A stretch of DNA of 63,895 nt, filler included, from Octopus bimaculoides (GCF_001194135.2; 7 parts of 6 records of this genome joined end to end with filler, not necessarily neighbours in it), one strand, 5' to 3'. Shown: positions 35,751 to 48,525, numbered from the whole stretch's first letter. Numbers and translations: made by a program. The notes: generated from the letters alone by a model not told the origin.

Positions 35751-36188
35751 CATCGCTAATCACAATGCGTTATACATTTATTTAGCCCTCAAATAACACC
35801 AACGCGCTGGCTAGGTGAGCAAGTGAACATTCTGCAGCAACGCCAAATGAAGTGTTTTGCTCAAAAGCACAATACGTCGCCCTGTCTGGGAACAGCCTGG
35901 CCACTAAGCTACGCGCCTTCACACATATGCATGTATATGTGTGTCTGTGTGTGTGTGTGTGCGTGTGTGTGTGTATGTGTATTGTGTGTGTGTTTATATA
36001 TTTACAGACATGCACACACAAACACATTATCTAAAGTGCCCTTCCGGTATTCATAAGCACATTGTGATAGGAAATTAACTCAGCTGCTATTTCTAGCATA
36101 TCAGTCAACCATCTAGAAATGTCAAATTTGTTAGTTCCAATAAAACGGGACAACATTACTCTCTTACAGCCCAGAGGACCAGAGATTA

Positions 36189-36600
36189 GGCGGCGAGTTG
36201 GCAGAAACGTTAGCACGCCGGGCGAAATGCTTAGCGGTATTTCGTCTGCCGTGACGTTCTGAGTTCAAATTCCGCGGTTGATAGATTAAGTACCAGTTGT
36301 GCACTAGGGTCGATTTAATCGACTGGGCTCCTCCTAAAAAATTTCGGGCCTTGTGCCTAGAGTAGAGAGTAATATTACTGGAGAGAAAGATAGCTAGCTG
36401 GCGGAAACGTTAGCACACCGTGCAAAATGCTTAGCGGTATTTCGTCTGTCTTTACATTGTGAGTTCAAATTCTGCCGAGGTAGACATTGCCTTTCATCCT
36501 TTCGGGATTGATAGATTAAGTACCAGTTGTATACTGGTGTTGATCTAATCGACTGGGTCCCTCCCCGAAAATTTCGTGACTTGTGCCTAGACTAGAGAAG
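36189..36600 (+). mobile_element. Two head-to-tail SINE family B copies (36189-36375 with an internal deletion; 36393-36600)
   Basis: Both carry GCAGAAACGTTAGCAC.CCG.GC.AAATGCTTAGCGGTATTTCGTCTG and TTGTGCCTAGA.TAGAGA. Confidence 0.9.
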
Positions 36601-37001
36601 GAGCAGGGATTAGGGATAACACAACTACTTCATCCAACACCGATTTCAGCATTTTTTTTTCTGCTTTTTTTGTTAATTATTCACCTCCAATTTTAGCTTT
36701 AATTGGCTTCATTAAGATCTGATTTAATACACAGCAACTAATTTCACCTTTGACTCTTTTTTATGAATTTCGAATAATTAATTGTTGTCCTTTTAACTTT
36801 TGTTAATTAGTTCTTTAAGTAATAAGCTTTCTCATTCATATATTTAATAATCTTTTGACATACTTAGTTTATTTTGAAATAATCCGTCGTAAATCCTCAT
36901 TAATCCATATAAAATTAAGGTTACTGCTTACTTAGCATTCATTGTTGCTTTAAAAGAGATCTGCACATTTTGTTTTCACGCGCGCGCACATAGACACACA
37001 C

Positions 37002-37034
<33 letters not shown>

Positions 37035-37142
37035 CATAGATACATACATAAATAGATAGATAGAAAGATATAGATAAATAAATATACACACACACGCACG
37101 TTTATATATATATATACATACATACATGCATGCATACATACA

Positions 37143-37176
<34 letters not shown>

Positions 37177-37303
37177 CATACATACATATAAATGTGTCTG
37201 TGTGTGTGAATGTATATATGTATGTATGTAAGTTTATATATGTGTTTGCATACATAGAGATAGATAAATAGATAATTGATACATATAGAGATAAAGATAA
37301 ATA

Positions 37304-37502
37304 GATAAAGTGAAGTATATTGCCACTTAAATGTGGCTGACCCCTAGGGGTGGATGTTACTGTTGCTTTTAGCCCCAGGAGGACATCTCCTCCAGCTGGC
37401 TTATCGATCGATAAGCCAGATGTCCTCCTGGGGCTAAAAGCAACAGTAACATCCACCCCTAGGGGTCACCAACATTTAAGTGGCAATATACTTCACTTTA
37501 TC
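37304..37502. repeat. Spacer-less near-perfect palindrome (199 bp)
   Basis: Centre between 37407 and 37408; arms of 104 and 95 nt differ by 2 substitutions and one 9-nt indel. Confidence 0.95.
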
Positions 37503-38031
37503 GTGCAGTTACTGTTAATACCTAATTTAGAGAATTAACATTGATAAATAGATAAATATACATATATATACATACACACATACATATATGTATGTATGTA
37601 TGAATGTATGTTTGTATGTATGTATGCACACATGCTTATAAAGCTGTAGAAGTAACTTGATGCGCGGCATAGGTAGTAAGCAGTGTGATTACAATGAATT
37701 ATTAGCCACGCAGTAATTGCATGATGAAAGCGAAGAAAAACAGCAGTCTTCAGTATTTTAACGAGGGTAAATACGAACTCTTTTATTCGTCGCACTTTCA
37801 TTAACATCAACTCAAACATACACGTGGAATAACATGGAATAACATGGAATAACTTGGAATAAGTGTGTGGAAAGAAGATAGAAATAACAGAGAAATTATT
37901 TCTATTTAATAATATCTTATATTTTCATAAAGGCACACGTGAAAAAATATCCTTGATCACACTACATCATTATGGAAATAAGCACAGGTTACTGAGATTT
38001 TATACACACACACACACACATACGTACAAAT

Positions 38032-38084
<53 letters not shown>

Positions 38085-38850
38085 NNNNNNNNNNNNNNNN
38101 NNNNNNNNNNNNNNNNNNNNNNNNNNNNNNNNNNNNNNNNNNNNNNNNNNNNNNNNNNNNNNNNNNNNNNNNNNNNNNNNNNNNNNNNNNNNNNNNNNNN
38201 NNNNNNNNNNNNNNNNNNNNNNNNNNNNNNNNNNNNNNNNNNNNNNNNNNNNNNNNNNNNNNNNNNNNNNNNNNNNNNNNNNNNNNNNNNNNNNNNNNNN
38301 NNNNNNNNNNNNNNNNNNNNNNNNNNNNNNNNNNNNNNNNNNNNNNNNNNNNNNNNNNNNNNNNNNNNNNNNNNNNNNNNNNNNNNNNNNNNNNNNNNNN
38401 NNNNNNNNNNNNNNNNNNNNNNNNNNNNNNNNNNNNNNNNNNNNNNNNNNNNNNNNNNNNNNNNNNNNNNNNNNNNNNNNNNNNNNNNNNNNNNNNNNNN
38501 NNNNNNNNNNNNNNNNNNNNNNNNNNNNNNNNNNNNNNNNNNNNNNNNNNNNNNNNNNNNNNNNNNNNNNNNNNNNNNNNNNNNNNNNNNNNNNNNNNNN
38601 NNNNNNNNNNNNNNNNNNNNNNNNNNNNNNNNNNNNNNNNNNNNNNNNNNNNNNNNNNNNNNNNNNNNNNNNNNNNNNNNNNNNNNNNNNNNNNNNNNNN
38701 NNNNNNNNNNNNNNNNNNNNNNNNNNNNNNNNNNNNNNNNNNNNNNNNNNNNNNNNNNNNNNNNNNNNNNNNNNNNNNNNNNNNNNNNNNNNNNNNNNNN
38801 NNNNNNNNNNNNNNNNNNNNNNNNNNNNNNNNNNNNNNNNNNNNNNTATA

Positions 38851-39068
38851 TATTCTTTTCTACACTAGGCACAAGACCCGAAATTTTGGGGAAGGAGGCC
38901 AGTCAATTACATCGACCGCAGTGCGTAACTGGTACTTAATTTATCGACCCCGAAAGGATGAAAGGCAAAGTCGACCTCGGTGTAATTTGAAGTCAGAACG
39001 TAAAGCCAGACGAAAGACCGCGCTAAGCATTTCGCCCGCCGTGCTAACGATTCTGCCAGCTCGCCGCC
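38851..39068 (-). mobile_element. SINE family B, full length
   Basis: Matches 20173-20387. Confidence 0.9.
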
Positions 39069-39509
39069 ATGACACATGGTGAATCGACGTTTGTTCGCTA
39101 AAAATACACTTATGAGCCAACAATTATACATGAATTTATTTTATACGCTGATTATGCCAAATGCTATTTTGTAAATATCACGATTATGTAATTATGTAAA
39201 TATAATCACATGTAATTATATAAATGAAATAAAGACGAATAACACAATTATGTAACAGATACGGATATACTGGAGCGGAAAACTATCTATAAATATCGGA
39301 TCTAATTCCCGGTTACATACATACGAGTAGGACATTTTGAAAGACTGTTGGATAAGTTTTACTGGCGTGTGAAGAAGTGTGGGAATTAAGATTTAGGGCA
39401 AGGCCCCTAATATGAAGGGGAACAGCGGAGAACACTTGACGGCGTTGCTGGGACAGGAGGCAAGTAAAATCTCACAAACGATTGTGATAGATTTGTTGCT
39501 ATTTTTGTT

Positions 39510-39516
39510 ATTGTCG

Positions 39517-39559
<43 letters not shown>

Positions 39560-39875
39560 GTAACGCTCATGGCTACATAATTTAAGGCGTTCTATGCTCG
39601 AAGACATTTCCACCATAAGCAATCCAAACCTTTTCATGCATCGAAGACTACGTCATCGAATTTGCTATTATTGTTGTTGTTGTCGTTTGTCTTCTTCTTC
39701 TTCTTCTTCTTCTTCTTCTTCTTCTTCTTCTTCTTCTTCTTCTCGTTCTTCTTCTTCTTCTTCTCCTTCTTCTTCTTCTCGTTCTTCTTCTTCTTCTTCT
39801 TCTTCTTCTTCTTCTTCTTCTTCTTCTTCTTCTTCTTCTTCTTCTTCTTCTCCTTCTTCTTCTTCTTCTTCTTAA
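39510..39875. repeat. (GTT)n and long (CTT)n microsatellites
   Basis: Directly visible; the source of the poly-K/S/F ORFs. Confidence 0.9.
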
Positions 39876-40503
39876 AGAAGTTGTACGAGAGAAATTTGGC
39901 TGCTATTTCTAGCAGAGCGAGTTTTCCTCGCTGCCTATCAGTGTGTATACAAGTATGTATACACACATGTATACGTACTTACATACAAATTTACATACAT
40001 AATAGATGCATACATGAAAAGATATACAGACGAGTGCGGTTGCATGTATGCATGAAAGTATGTGTATATGTATGCATGTATATATATTTATAAATATATA
40101 TATATATATATTTCTCCCATATATATATATATATATATATATTTCTCCCATNNNNNNNNNNNNNNNNNNNNNNNNNNNNNNNNNNNNNNNNNNNNNNNNN
40201 NNNNNNNNNNNNNNNNNNNNNNNNNNNNNNNNNNNNNNNNNNNNNNNNNNNNNNNNNNNNNNNNNNNNNNNNNNNNNNNNNNNNNNNNNNNNNNNNNNNN
40301 NNNNNNNNNNNNNNNNNNNNNNNNNNNNNNNNNNNNNNNNNNNNNNNNNNNNNNNNNNNNNNNNNNNNNNNNNNNNNNNNNNNNNNNNNNNNNNNNNNNN
40401 NNNNNNNNNNNNNNNNNNNNNNNNNNNNNNNNNNNNNNNNNNNNNNNNNNNNNNNNNNNNNNNNNNNNNNNNNNNNNNNNNNNNNNNNNNNNNNNNNNNN
40501 NNN

Positions 40504-40752
40504 GTGATGGGGAAACTTGCTCCACTCTTTCACCACAACTTTCTCTCACTCTTTCTTCCTGTTTCTGTTGTACCTGTATTTCAAAGGGCCAGCCTTGTCA
40601 CTTTCTGTGTCTGGATGAATCTCCCTGAGAACTACGTTAAGGGTACACGTGTCTGTGGAGTGCTCAGCCACTTGCACGGCAATTTCACGAGCAGGCAGTT
40701 CCGTTGATCGGATCAACTGGAACCTGCGTCGTCGCAACCGATGGAATGCCAC
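40504..40752 (+). mobile_element. SINE family C, 3' half
   Basis: Reverse complement of the C body in the minus-strand copies: CTTTCACCACAACTTTCTCTCACTC...CTACGTTAAGGGTACACGTGTCTGTGGAGTGCTCAGCCACTTGCACG. Confidence 0.85.
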
Positions 40753-40986
40753 CAATATATATATACATGTGTGTGTGTGTGGATGCATACCTTATGTAGT
40801 ATATAGTATTTTGCTTATATAAATCAATAACGATGAAAATATAAGCCGTAACTAAAACGAAGTATACGCGTTACACAGACGCACACATAGAAACACACAT
40901 ACACACACTCACACACACACATTGTATATTCACACATCCAAATGCACACATACATACAACCACACATATTGACATATACCACCCTT

Positions 40987-41034
<48 letters not shown>

Positions 41035-41482
41035 TCCCTCTCTCTCATTTTGCCTGTCTTTGTATGTAAAAAGCTAAGATACGGTTGAGTGGACACTACA
41101 TTGAAATACCATTTCAGTTGTTAAAACCTGTAGTAGTTGTTTCGTGTGTGTTGCTGAGCAGACCATTCTGCCAACAACCAACAGATTGATAGAATTGATC
41201 ACATATCAGTTAGGTGAACGTACCACGCTAGCAAAGGCGCAATACGGTCTCGATTTCGGACGACACGCTTCTCCATTATTGTATCACACATTTGGTGAAC
41301 AATGGCATCGTTAGTCTGAGATGGTTTTCCGCGTCTCATTCCTTGGTTTGTTCGCGTCTAAGGCGGAAGCACGAAGGGACAACTATGCACATCAGCCAGC
41401 ATGGTTTCTAATATTCACTTTTGTTCGACGCGTTGGCTTATGAATGAATTTTTCGGTCTCTCACACACACACACAAACACGC

Positions 41483-41522
<40 letters not shown>

Positions 41523-41885
41523 NNNNNNNNNNNNNNNNNNNNNNNNNNNNNNNNNNNNNNNNNNNNNNNNNNNNNNNNNNNNNNNNNNNNNNNNNNNNNN
41601 NNNNNNNNNNNNNNNNNNNNNNNNNNNNNNNNNNNNNNNNNNNNNNNNNNNNNNNNNNNNNNNNNNNNNNNNNNNNNNNNNNNNNNNNNNNNNNNNNNNN
41701 NNNNNNNNNNNNNNNNNNNNNNNNNNNNNNNNNNNNNNNNNNNNNNNNNNNNNNNNNNNNNNNNNNNNNNNNNNNNNNNNNNNNNNGAACACGAGGGTAT
41801 AAACAGAGAGAGAATATATCTATCTATATGTGCGCGCGTATGTGTGTGTGTGTATGTGTGTGTGTGTGTGTATGTGGGTGTGTGT

Positions 41886-41926
<41 letters not shown>

Positions 41927-42733
41927 TGTGTGTGAATCCCTCTCTTGTAGCAAGAGTTTCACACGGCACCGATCGTAAATCAAAGATGTCAGACTGTCAC
42001 TGTGGCTAAAATTAAGTCACGAGAATTATGTTGCCGTTGAACCCCTTAAATCGATAAGAATGCTGCTATAACGTGGGCATTTTCCTTTGACGATTCTCTT
42101 GACAGCTCCACTATTTTGTGGTTACGGCTGAAAACAATAACACTTCTGCTAATTAGCGACATTAAACATGAAACATTGTGGTGGCCTGTTTATTTTCTTT
42201 ATTCATTTATTTACATTTGGAGTCTTCCGAGGATACATTCAAATGAAATTACACTCGCTAAAGTGTACTTGCAGATCGAAAAGATTACATAAATTTATAC
42301 TTTCCATCATATGTAGAGCATTCACTTTTACATGTAACTACATACAGTAGCGCTTCAACTTATTATCCATGTGTGTGCGTGGAAGTTTGTGTCAGTGTGT
42401 ATATGTGGTTGTTTATAGTATTGATTCATATTTTCATTATTTTCAATGGATTCTATAAATTTCTTTTCCCCAAATATCTTTCATAAGAGTTTAACAGTTC
42501 CATAACTGCATCCCAATGGCTAGCCTTCCACTTTCGAGACACATAATACATTTACAGGAATAAGTATTTTTTTTTCTTAATATCTATATCTTACGAATAT
42601 TGCTTATGCAATGGGAGTGGACTATCTATATACATACAGACAGGCATCTTACGCCACATCGCCTCGATAAACAGCAAAGATTTCATAAGAAACACAGTGA
42701 CATTACTATCCCAGTTCTGAATCATTTCTCATA

Positions 42734-42806
<73 letters not shown>

Positions 42807-43080
42807 TGCATACTTCATCGCTCTGACAAAGAAAGAAACAAAGCGTTTGGGAGTCAAAGAGGTTTATAATTAACGACACTAGAATATATCTGGTATTACT
42901 GTATGCATCACAGTTCAGAACATAGAGAAAAATGAATCCCAAAGTTATTTCAACATAGAAAATAAAAATGGCTGTGTGTTTAAGACGCTTGCTTTCCATC
43001 CAACATAATTCTGGTTTCAGTCTCACTGTCAGCACATAGGGCAAGTGTTTTCTACAAGAGTTTCGGGTGGACTAATAGAA

Positions 43081-43450
43081 GTGGCTGTGTGGTAAGTTAC
43101 CTGCTTACGAACCACATGGTTCCGGGTTCAGTCCCACTACGTGGAACCTTGGGCAAGTGTCTTCTACTATAGCCTCGGGGCGACCAAAGCCTTGTGAGTG
43201 GATTTGGTAGACGGAAACTGAAACAAGCCCGACGTATATATGAATATATGTGTGTGTGTGTGTGTGTGCATATGTTTGTGTGTCTATGTTTGTCCCCTCC
43301 AACATCGCTTGACAACCGATGCTGATGCGACCGATAGAATAAGTACTAGGCTTACAAAGAATAAGTCCTGGAGTCGATTTGCTCGACTAAAGGTGGTGCT
43401 CCAGCATGGCCACAGTCAAATGACTGAAACAAGTAAAAGAGAGTAAAAGA
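43081..43450 (+). mobile_element. SINE family A, near full length (reference copy)
   Basis: A box TGGCTGTGTGG, B box GGTTCAGTCCC, central CTTGGGCAAGT..., internal (TG)n, 3' end GGTGGTGCTCCAGCATGGCCACAGTCAAATGACTGAAACAAGTAAAAGAGAGTAAAAGA. Confidence 0.92.
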
Positions 43451-44198
43451 TATATATATATATATATATGTATATGTGTATATATATNNNNNNNNNNNNN
43501 NNNNNNNNNNNNNNNNNNNNNNNNNNNNNNNNNNNNNNNNNNNNNNNNNNNNNNNNNNNNNNNNNNNNNNNNNNNNNNNNNNNNNNNNNNNNNNNNNNNN
43601 NNNNNNNNNNNNNNNNNNNNNNNNNNNNNNNNNNNNNNNNNNNNNNNNNNNNNNNNNNNNNNNNNNNNNNNNNNNNNNNNNNNNNNNNNNNNNNNNNNNN
43701 NNNNNNNNNNNNNNNNNNNNNNNNNNNNNNNNNNNNNNNNNNNNNNNNNNNNNNNNNNNNNNNNNNNNNNNNNNNNNNNNNNNNNNNNNNNNNNNNNNNN
43801 NNNNNNNNNNNNNNNNNNNNNNNNNNNNNNNNNNNNNNNNNNNNNNNNNNNNNNNNNNNNNNNNNNNNNNNNNNNNNNNNNNNNNNNNNNNNNNNNNNNN
43901 NNNNNNNNNNNNNNNNNNNNNNNNNNNNNNNNNNNNNNNNNNNNNNNNNNNNNNNNNNNNNNNNNNNNNNNNNNNNNNNNNNNNNNNNNNNNNNNNNNNN
44001 NNNNNNNNNNNNNNNNNNNNNNNNNNNNNNNNNNNNNNNNNNNNNNNNNNNNNNNNNNNNNNNNNNNNNNNNNNNNNNNNNNNNNNNNNNNNNNNNNNNN
44101 NNNNNNNNNNNNNNNNNNNNNNNNNNNNNNNNNNNNNNNNNNNNNNNNNNNNNNNNNNNNNNNNNNNNNNNNNNNNNNNNNNNNNNNNNNNNNNNNNN

Positions 44199-44230
<32 letters not shown>

Positions 44231-44231
<1 letters not shown>

Positions 44232-44640
44232 TCTTACTCTTTTATTATTTTACTTGTGTCCGTCATTTGACTGCAGCCATGCTGGAGCACCGCCTTTAGT
44301 CGAGCAAATCGATCCCAGGACTTATTCTTTGTAAGCCTAATACTTATTCTCTCTGTCACTTTTGCGGAATCGCTAAGTTACGGGGACGTAAACACACTAG
44401 CATCGGTTGTCAAGCGATGTTGGGGGGACAAACAGACAGACAAACATATACACACACAGATACATATATATATATATACATACACACAATGGATTTCTTT
44501 CAGTTTCAGTCTTCCAAATCCACTCACAAGGCTTTGGTCGGCCTGAGGCTATAGTAGAAGACACTTGCCCAAGGTGCTACGCAGTGGGACTGACCCCGGA
44601 ACCATATGTGGTTGGTAAGCAAGCTACTTACCACACAGAC
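44231..44640 (-). mobile_element. SINE family A, near full length
   Basis: Reverse complement of the reference copy. Confidence 0.92.
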
Positions 44641-44671
44641 ACTCCTACGCCTGGTGTGTAAATTCCGGTTA

Positions 44672-44799
44672 TACGAGTGGTGTATGAAAAGTATTAAACC
44701 TCAAAAAAAACAAAACATGGTACAGAACTTCTGATAAAGGTACAAGACCACAAGACTCAAAGGCCGTGAAGGCTCAAAACTTTTCATACATCCCTCGTA
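44672..44799. mobile_element. 128-bp Tc1/mariner-type MITE with TA TSD
   Basis: TA|CGAGTGGTGTATGAAAAGT ... ACTTTTCATACATCCCTCG|TA. Confidence 0.75.
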
Positions 44800-46707
44800 T
44801 ACATCTCTCGGAATTTTAATCCAGAACATGAAGATAAACAAAATGCCGCTAAGCATTATGCCTGGTAACCGAAGGATTTCTCCCGACTTTCTTGAAATTC
44901 TAATATTTAAATAAAAGTCTCAGTGATGATGCTGGAATGTGCTGAGGAATTTCAACCATGTTTCGTGGTCTGCTACCACAACAGCTCCTTTATAGGATCC
45001 AGTTAGCTCAAGACATCATCAGGAGGAACCACGTCCGGTTTCGGCCCCTACTCCTCTACCGTTTTGACGTGACGGGGCCCCTCCTTTCGGAGGTGTCTTC
45101 AGCTCCGGTGTTGGGTGCATGTCTTCTTTCTTCTATTCCCTGGCCTCTTCGATGCAGCATCAACGAGTGTCAGCGTCCGACTGATCGTCTATATCAGATA
45201 TATTCAGCGGACAGTGAGCGGAATATATGCTGGCGTTTGGTTACGATCATTTACATTCGGAGTTTACAGTCTGTCGGAGCTGACCGAGTCTTTTGTTCCT
45301 CTCAGCTCTATTAATATATATGTATATACGTAAGTATATAGAATGTAATTGGGCTGATTCAATCGATTATCCCTCTCAGTCAAAGTGTTTTGGGTTGTGC
45401 AACAATACAATCTATTATTGTGCCAGGCAGAAATTCGATATATATACATTTAGAAAAAATACTGCTATGCTCAAATATTGATCTGACCACAAAAGGCTTT
45501 ATACTTGTTCGGTTGGGGAGCACTAGCATGTTTCATTGTCCATGCCTTTGCTAAGGTCATTAATGGTTTAAGTTGATGGGAATGACTTCAACTTTGTTAA
45601 GAGACAACATTAGGCTCTTAGCTAGCTTAGAAATTAAATCTTGCTCCACATTATTTGTTATTATCTGCACTACTCTATCGCATTTACTACCATCCATACT
45701 GCAAAGAATGTATTCTTTTACAATGTTTATTGATTATATTAGTTTAGTCACTTTTAAAAGAAGGGGACTGTGTTACAGTCCCCTTTTTAGAAAACATCTA
45801 TTCTACACCAGTCAGCTTAATTATGACTTCTACAGTCAAGGGAGATGTAACTCTAATTTTATCCTTTCTTTTTCCGTTTTTATTCACACTTTGTCTTCTC
45901 TTTCCCTTTATGGCATAAACCTTCTCGTTTTTTCTCGCAGTTTCTCATATACCAGCATCCTAAACCACGTTATAAAAATCTGCCTCACCACGTGTCTCGT
46001 TGGCAAGAAACTCTTAGTAGCGCCTATTTTAATACCTTTTATATTAAATGATATTTGTCCCTCACTGGATGGCAGACACTTTAACCTACTTTAATGTGGA
46101 ACGGTGTTAAATATATATCATATATATTATATATATATATATATATNNNNNNNNNNNNNNNNNNNNNNNNNNNNNNNNNNNNNNNNNNNNNNNNNNNNNN
46201 NNNNNNNNNNNNNNNNNNNNNNNNNNNNNNNNNNNNNNNNNNNNNNNNNNNNNNNNNNNNNNNNNNNNNNNNNNNNNNNNNNNNNNNNNNNNNNNNNNNN
46301 NNNNNNNNNNNNNNNNNNNNNNNNNNNNNNNNNNNNNNNNNNNNNNNNNNNNNNNNNNNNNNNNNNNNNNNNNNNNNNNNNNNNNNNNNNNNNNNNNNNN
46401 NNNNNNNNNNNNNNNNNNNNNNNNNNNNNNNNNNNNNNNNNNNNNNNNNNNNNNNNNNNNNNNNNNNNNNNNNNNNNNTATATATATATATATATATATC
46501 TTGTTCCAGGGGAGTCACAAGTTCGAAAAGAAGTTATGTCTGTATACTTATCATAAGGGACTCAAGGATAAGTCTGGGAGTGAATACATATTTAATCCAT
46601 AATCGTTAATCCAAGCAAATAAATATTATTCTGTTTCGCATAGCGCTCATCGGCGAAAGCGATAAATATTGAGTTGGATTAACGATTACGGGTTAAAATC
46701 ATTATAT

Positions 46708-46754
<47 letters not shown>

Positions 46755-46896
46755 AGCACACGCACAAACGTACACATATGTGTATATATATATATATATG
46801 TGAGTTGTGTAAACTTAATTCCTTTAGCTGTTGTTTATATATACTCATATATACATACACTTATATGTATCAATCTCTCTCTCTCTCTATCTATCC

Positions 46897-46948
<52 letters not shown>

Positions 46949-46959
46949 GTGTATACACA

Positions 46960-47005
<46 letters not shown>

Positions 47006-47091
47006 AGAATAAGATTGTTATTTTAAATAGCGATCAAATCAAGTGGAGCATGTGAAGGAAAAACTTATAGGTTATAATAATTATCAAAATA

Positions 47092-47217
47092 ATAAATAAA
47101 GGTATCTAAGAGGTACCACCATGCTTGAAATAGCAGTCAAAACCTGACTGTGGTTTTAGAGTGAAGTCTTGACTGCTATTTCAAGCATGGTGGTATCTCT
47201 TAGATACCCTTATTTAT
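47092..47217. repeat. 49-bp inverted repeat with 28-nt spacer
   Basis: 47092-47140 versus the reverse complement of 47169-47217: 47/49 identical. Confidence 0.92.
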
Positions 47218-47646
47218 AATTATATATATATATAATACACCCCACGCACACATATATATATACATATACATACATATATATATNNNNNNNNNNNNNNNNN
47301 NNNNNNNNNNNNNNNNNNNNNNNNNNNNNNNNNNNNNNNNNNNNNNNNNNNNNNNNNNNNNNNNNNNNNNNNNNNNNNNNNNNNNNNNNNNNNNNNNNNN
47401 NNNNNNNNNNNNNNNNNNNNNNNNNNNNNNNNNNNNNNNNNNNNNNNNNNNNNNNNNNNNNNNNNNNNNNNNNNNNNNNNNNNNNNNNNNNNNNNNNNNN
47501 NNNNNNNNNNNNNNNNNNNNNNNNNNNNNNNNNNNNNNNNNNNNNNNNNNNNNNNNNNNNNNNNNNNNNNNNNNNNNNNNNNNNNNNNNNNNNNNNNNNN
47601 NNNNNNNNNNNNNNNNNNNNNNNNNNNNNNNNNNNNNNNNNNNNNN

Positions 47647-47884
47647 GTTGGTGGTATATTTATTTTGGGTCGTGTACGGTTTTCTCAGTACGGTTGTGGT
47701 GATGGTGGTAGTGGTAGTGGTGACTATGGTGGCGGTGGTGGTAGTGATGATGAGGGATGGTGGTGGTGGCGGAAAGTGGTTGGGTTGTTTTTTGGCAGTG
47801 GTGCAAGTAGCAGTTGTGTTGGTGGTATATTTATTTTGGGTCGTGTACGGTTTTCTCAGTACGGTTGTGGTGATGGTGGTAGTA
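47647..47884. repeat. 171-bp tandem repeat running into a gap
   Basis: GTTGGTGGTATATTTATTTTGGGTCGTGTACGGTTTTCTCAGTACGGTTGTGGTGATGGTGGTAGT starts at 47647 and again at 47818. Confidence 0.85.
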
Positions 47885-48152
47885 AGGTTCATAATGGCGC
47901 TTTCATTGTTATTGTTATTGTTGTTGTTGTTGTTGTTGTTGTTAGTGGTGGTGGTGGTGTGTGCTGCACGATGGTGTTGTTGGGTGTAGGGCGAGTGATA
48001 ATAGCAATACCGGAAGCGCTAGATCCTGATGCAGCGGCGGTGATAAACACCTTCGTTTCATTGATTGAACGCACGCAACCGTAAAAATTGTCACTTGACT
48101 AGCACTGATAATAAAGTGCCAAATAGAGTCAACGCCTGCAGGTTTCAGCGAG

Positions 48153-48327
48153 GGGTTAGGGTCAGTTACTTCGACCCCAGTGCACAACTGGTACTTGTGT
48201 TATCGATTCCGAAAGGATGAAAGGCAAAGTCGACCTCGATGGAATTTGAACTCAGAACGTAGCAATGGGCGAAATACCGCCGAGCATTTTCGCCCGGCGT
48301 GCTAACGAGTCTGTCAATTCCCCGCCT
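48153..48327 (-). mobile_element. SINE family B copy
   Basis: CGACCCCAGTGCACAACTGGTACTT...GGATGAAAGGCAAAGTCGACCTCG..GGAATTTGAACTCAGAACG. Confidence 0.85.
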
Positions 48328-48329
48328 TA

Positions 48330-48372
48330 AGAATAATAATAACGATAATAATAATAATAATNNNNNNNNNNG

Positions 48373-48437
<65 letters not shown>

Positions 48438-48525
48438 AAGAAGAAGAAGAAGAAGAAGAAGAAGAAGAAGAAAAGAAGAAGAAGAAAAGAAGAAGAAAAG
48501 AAGAAGAAGATGATGATGATGATGG
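48330..48525. repeat. (AAT)n, (GAA)n, (GAT)n microsatellite run
   Basis: Directly visible. Confidence 0.9.

Noticed and set aside
37826-37862. Short direct repeats (GGAATAACAT)x4, and (AAGTACCA)x3 at 57815-57840
   Set aside because: Simple minisatellites with no unique spacers; not CRISPR.
44918-44948. GTGATGA...CTGA box C/D-like pair with a short stem
   Set aside because: Only ~25 nt between the boxes; too short for a snoRNA.
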